Shown here one piece after another: positions 49,101 through 52,218 of a stretch of DNA of 52,218 nt (position 1 is its first letter; every line of letters starts with the position of its first letter). Under the pieces are notes generated by a model. It made no database searches, was not told the origin of the DNA, and saw nothing but the letters and a program-made list of their open reading frames with translations. Made by a program: the position numbers and the translations under genes. The stretch spans positions 2,016,220-2,068,437 of the forward strand of contig BFEA01000023.1 in assembly GCA_003427395.1 (NCBI GenBank), written 5' to 3'. The DNA is from Chara braunii (taxonomy: Eukaryota > Plantae > Charophyceae).

Positions 49101-50140
49101 ATGACTACCTCGCCTGCCTCTGCAACCCCTTCTTCTCCTACTAATTCTCCCCCTCTCACCTCCTCGGCTTTCTTCGCAACCCTCCCCGATAAATTCTGTT
49201 ATTTTTGCACGTGTATTGCAAGGGTTTATGGGGTCGACTGTCATCCCTTCGAGACCGGATTTGTTGATTGGGTAGAATGTGCCACGTGCGGAGGTTTGGA
49301 CGGATAAAATTTAATTAGCGAAATTAGCGGGATTATCATTGGGCCACCTCACCAAATACGATAGACGTAGGGCGACCGAGAGATCTCGGGACTATCGATG
49401 GATCAACGGTCATTTGGAAAAGCGTAAAACTGACGGATCAGGTTCGTGGTTGACGGTTCCCCATCCATTCCAGAGATCCGATTGGATCCGATCTGCTCAC
49501 GAAGAACAGGCCGCTCATTTCGCAATACGTGTCACGGAGGCAACTGTAGACCAGAACTGATGGTTCTGGTCCAATATACGAGATGATGTCAAAACCGCCC
49601 TTGGCAGGAACTTAGCGGCACACGACACGCGTCCTTGGCCCGAGATCGTATATCAGATCGTAGGGATCCACCGGGCCACTTCCCATGAGTCCACGGGATT
49701 TACCCCCTTTCAACTTCGAACTAATAGCCTCCCCTGTGTCGACTACCGGGGTAACTCGGAAATTGCCGAAGCAGGGGGTAGAGACACGCGTGCAGCTCTC
49801 AAGGCTAAGGCCAAAAGGTACACCGAATTAATGGAACGGGCCGTCCCGAAGCTAGCCCGAAAAAGGCAAAGGATGACCGAACTGACCCACGGTAGACAGG
49901 TCCGTAGCTACGAGGCCCGGAATGGAAATGCTGGGCCCTAGCATCAATATAAATTAGGGGACCTAGTGAAGGTATGTAAATGTGCACGCGACCGAAAACT
50001 CGCTCCCAAGTTTTCTGGCTGCTTTCGCGTTGTCGAACTCGGACCTAACGGCGCCAACATGGTGCGCATTGCGCCTGAGGCTAGTACCAGCCATAGCTCT
50101 ATCCCCATCGTCCGGCATACCTCCTATCTCCGTCTTCTTC
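49101..50140 (+). pseudogene. Gypsy integrase remnant with catalytic core deleted and an N-terminal Cys-rich segment
   Basis: LTVPHPFQRSDWIRSAHEEQAAHF...WFWSNIRDDVK (zinc-binding start) is joined directly to HESTGFTPFQL and the GPY-like KLAPKFSGCFRVVELG. Confidence 0.7.
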
Positions 50141-50703
50141 CTCCTCCTTCTTCCTCGGAAAGCGAGGAGAACGACGACGATCTAACTCTCTCTCCGCTCT
50201 CCCCCTCCTGTCCTTCGTCCTCCTCTCCCACCTCGCCATGAGTTTCATCACGGAGCGGGCTCTTGACGCACAGCTGTTGCAGCCACGCGGCCACATCTCA
50301 GAGATTCGCAAGTCTGTCACCCTCGGCTCAATACGGATCTTCGGCGTTTGGCGCAATTTTTCTGCGACACGGGCATCTGTGCCGCCGCCGCGTTTTGAAT
50401 CGAAGGGAGTCATCATGCAATAGTATTTGCGGAGGTAATCGCAGCGGCTCCCAGGACAAGCCACGTCACCACGATTGCAGCGTTCAGCGGCGACATCAGC
50501 TCGGTCAATCCGCAAAGGCATACCGTGATCTTGGCCTCGCTGCGCGAGTGGACGAAGCAAGTGTTCAACGTGTGGCAGCACGTTCTCGCCCGACCTGGGC
50601 ATAACCTCATCCCGACCTTTGCGCCAGATATCGGCGACATCCGCCGATCTCCGCGCGAGCGGCCAGTGGCGATCCCCACCCTCGTCCCCTTCCCACGTCT
50701 CCA

Positions 50704-51726
50704 ATGGACCATGCCGATCCTCTCGCTCCTCTCTTTATCTTCGGTCTCCCCTCTCTTTTCCCCACCTTCTGGCAATCCTATCTTCATCCCTCTCTTTCCT
50801 TCACGTTTGAACCCCTTTCTGTCCCATTTATCAACCCTGGACATTGGCGGCTGTGGCGCGGATTTTTTTACGAATTGTCCTTCTGCCTGGCCCGAGTACA
50901 GGTGACGTGGACGGGCACTAGCGAGCATCCCAATTGGATCGAGAACCCAGAGCTGCTGATCATACAGGCCTGGAGGACTAACATGGAGGGAGATCTTCTT
51001 GGCTTTCTCTTTGGATCGGTACGGTCGGGTCGCCGCCAACTGATCGCGCAGGAGCTCATCGCGCCGATTGTGCAATTAGCAGACGATCTCTCGCCCGACA
51101 TCTTCTCGCAAAGTGACGACAGTCCTACTCCATATATTCTCGAGCGATCGCTGGATCCGTACCTTCAGTGGACCGCGTGCTTGGAGGAACCCAGGGACGA
51201 GGATACGCTACCATCGTGGCAGGAGTACCTGAAGCCGTACGATATCATCCCTCACGCCTTTTATCCGAGGGCGGAGGAAGTGGTGATCGACGACGACGAC
51301 GAGGAGGACGAAGGCGAGGAAACATCGGAGGAAGGAAGCTATAGCGAACATAGCGAGGGCGAGCTGAGTGGGGAGGAAGAGGAAGAAGAAGGGACCGGAT
51401 CCGAGTGGGAAGCTTTGCCGGAAGAAGCGGCGCGCACGGGTACAGAGGTGGAAGATCCGGAGGCAGCGCGAAGGCGCGAAGAAATTGCCACCGGAAAGCG
51501 ACAACTGGAGTTCGCCAGTGGGGTCAGCCTCGGTAACGACCCGACCAGGGACCCGGAGTCGCCGAAGCCCGAAGATGGCGACCCTGCAGCCGCCACCTCA
51601 AGTACCGCGCGACGGAGACGGAGCCGATCCTCCTCCTCCTCCAGCCCCACCCGTCCCCCAGTTCGCCTACGTACCGATGCGGGCGATAGGCCTTCGTCCT
51701 CGCACGCTATCCCGCCGACACCTTGA
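50704..51726 (+). CDS. Extra 3' ORF of the Gypsy element, unknown function (acidic and Ser/Arg-rich tail); probably began near 50238 before decay
   Basis: 340-aa open frame with a globular Trp/Phe-rich N half and a D/E-rich C half. Upstream fragments 50238-50423 and 50525-50700 look like a frameshifted continuation. Confidence 0.6.
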   Translation: MDHADPLAPLFIFGLPSLFPTFWQSYLHPSLSFTFEPLSVPFINPGHWRLWRGFFYELSFCLARVQVTWTGTSEHPNWIENPELLIIQAWRTNMEGDLLGFLFGSVRSGRRQLIAQELIAPIVQLADDLSPDIFSQSDDSPTPYILERSLDPYLQWTACLEEPRDEDTLPSWQEYLKPYDIIPHAFYPRAEEVVIDDDDEEDEGEETSEEGSYSEHSEGELSGEEEEEEGTGSEWEALPEEAARTGTEVEDPEAARRREEIATGKRQLEFASGVSLGNDPTRDPESPKPEDGDPAAATSSTARRRRSRSSSSSSPTRPPVRLRTDAGDRPSSSHAIPPTP

Positions 51727-52204
51727 CTTCCTCACCCTCGAGCAGATCCGCACTCCCGTCACCTTCCCTCCCCATCCCTTCCTTTCCCATCTCTTCCGCG
51801 ATTTCTTCTCTACCCGCCTACTCGCCACCGTCCACCCCCACGCATCCCTTCGACCTGCTGCCCCCACGTTCTGCTGGCATATTCTCTTGTTCAGTGCTGC
51901 ATGGGAGCGATGCAACGTGGTCGAAGTTTACTGCATCGCCACGGGGAAAGTCCCCGCCTGTCGCCCCTACGACATCTTTCGAGCGGCGCTTCTCCACACC
52001 CTCTCCTCCTTCTATCGCGACTACCTCGCTTCTCTCCCCCGCAGCGACGATCACTTCCCTCGCTTCCACCGGATCATTCGATATGAGGAACTTCGGGTGA
52101 CGATGGAAGGGATGAATCGCTTCCTACCCCCACTTCCTCCCCGTCGACCCCGTGAAATCCCCCCCATGTACCGCCTTTATTGGCCCATTCCAACTAGGAG
52201 GTAG
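51720..52204 (+). CDS. Possible second extra 3' ORF of the Gypsy element
   Basis: The distal part of ORF 51368-52204 (DFLTLEQIRTP...FCWHILLFSAAWERCNVVEVYC...) has protein-like composition. Start is uncertain. Confidence 0.35.
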
Positions 52205-52218
52205 ATCCCCGATCCCGC

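Larger units (their letters stand above)
44522..52218 (+). mobile_element. Ty3/Gypsy LTR retrotransposon, internally deleted, running off the window end
   Basis: Putative long 5' LTR starting TGTGACG (44522 to about 47420), then a PBS and the order RT-RNase H-integrase. gag/protease are largely missing. The 3' LTR is not in the window, so the LTR limits are inferred. Confidence 0.85.

Overview
Repeat-dense eukaryotic nuclear scaffold with N gaps, microsatellites and a Nextera mate-pair adapter left in the assembly. The repeat and ORF style suggests a streptophyte alga such as Chara, but this is inference and was not verified. There is one clear host gene: an intronless 1188-aa multi-pass membrane protein with a C-terminal RGLG-type RING-HC finger (17619-21185). 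The right half is nested decayed mobile DNA: two related L1/Tx1-like LINEs, a deleted Ty3/Gypsy element with extra 3' ORFs, several TIR/MITE elements and retroposed inserts. The most unusual region is 3172-12450, an AT-rich block of about 9 kb with no credible ORF. It is packed with hairpins whose G-U pairs point to a + strand RNA. It contains a GC-rich multibranch 5' domain, an array of five hairpins with (Y)GUG loops, two diverged ~2-kb paralogous units with compensatory base changes but no codon signal, and a small A-box/B-box/T5 Pol III-like cassette between those units. I could not assign it to any known RNA family. It is the best candidate for an undescribed system, either a large structured ncRNA or a non-coding RNA-based mobile element. 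All alignments and folds were done by eye.
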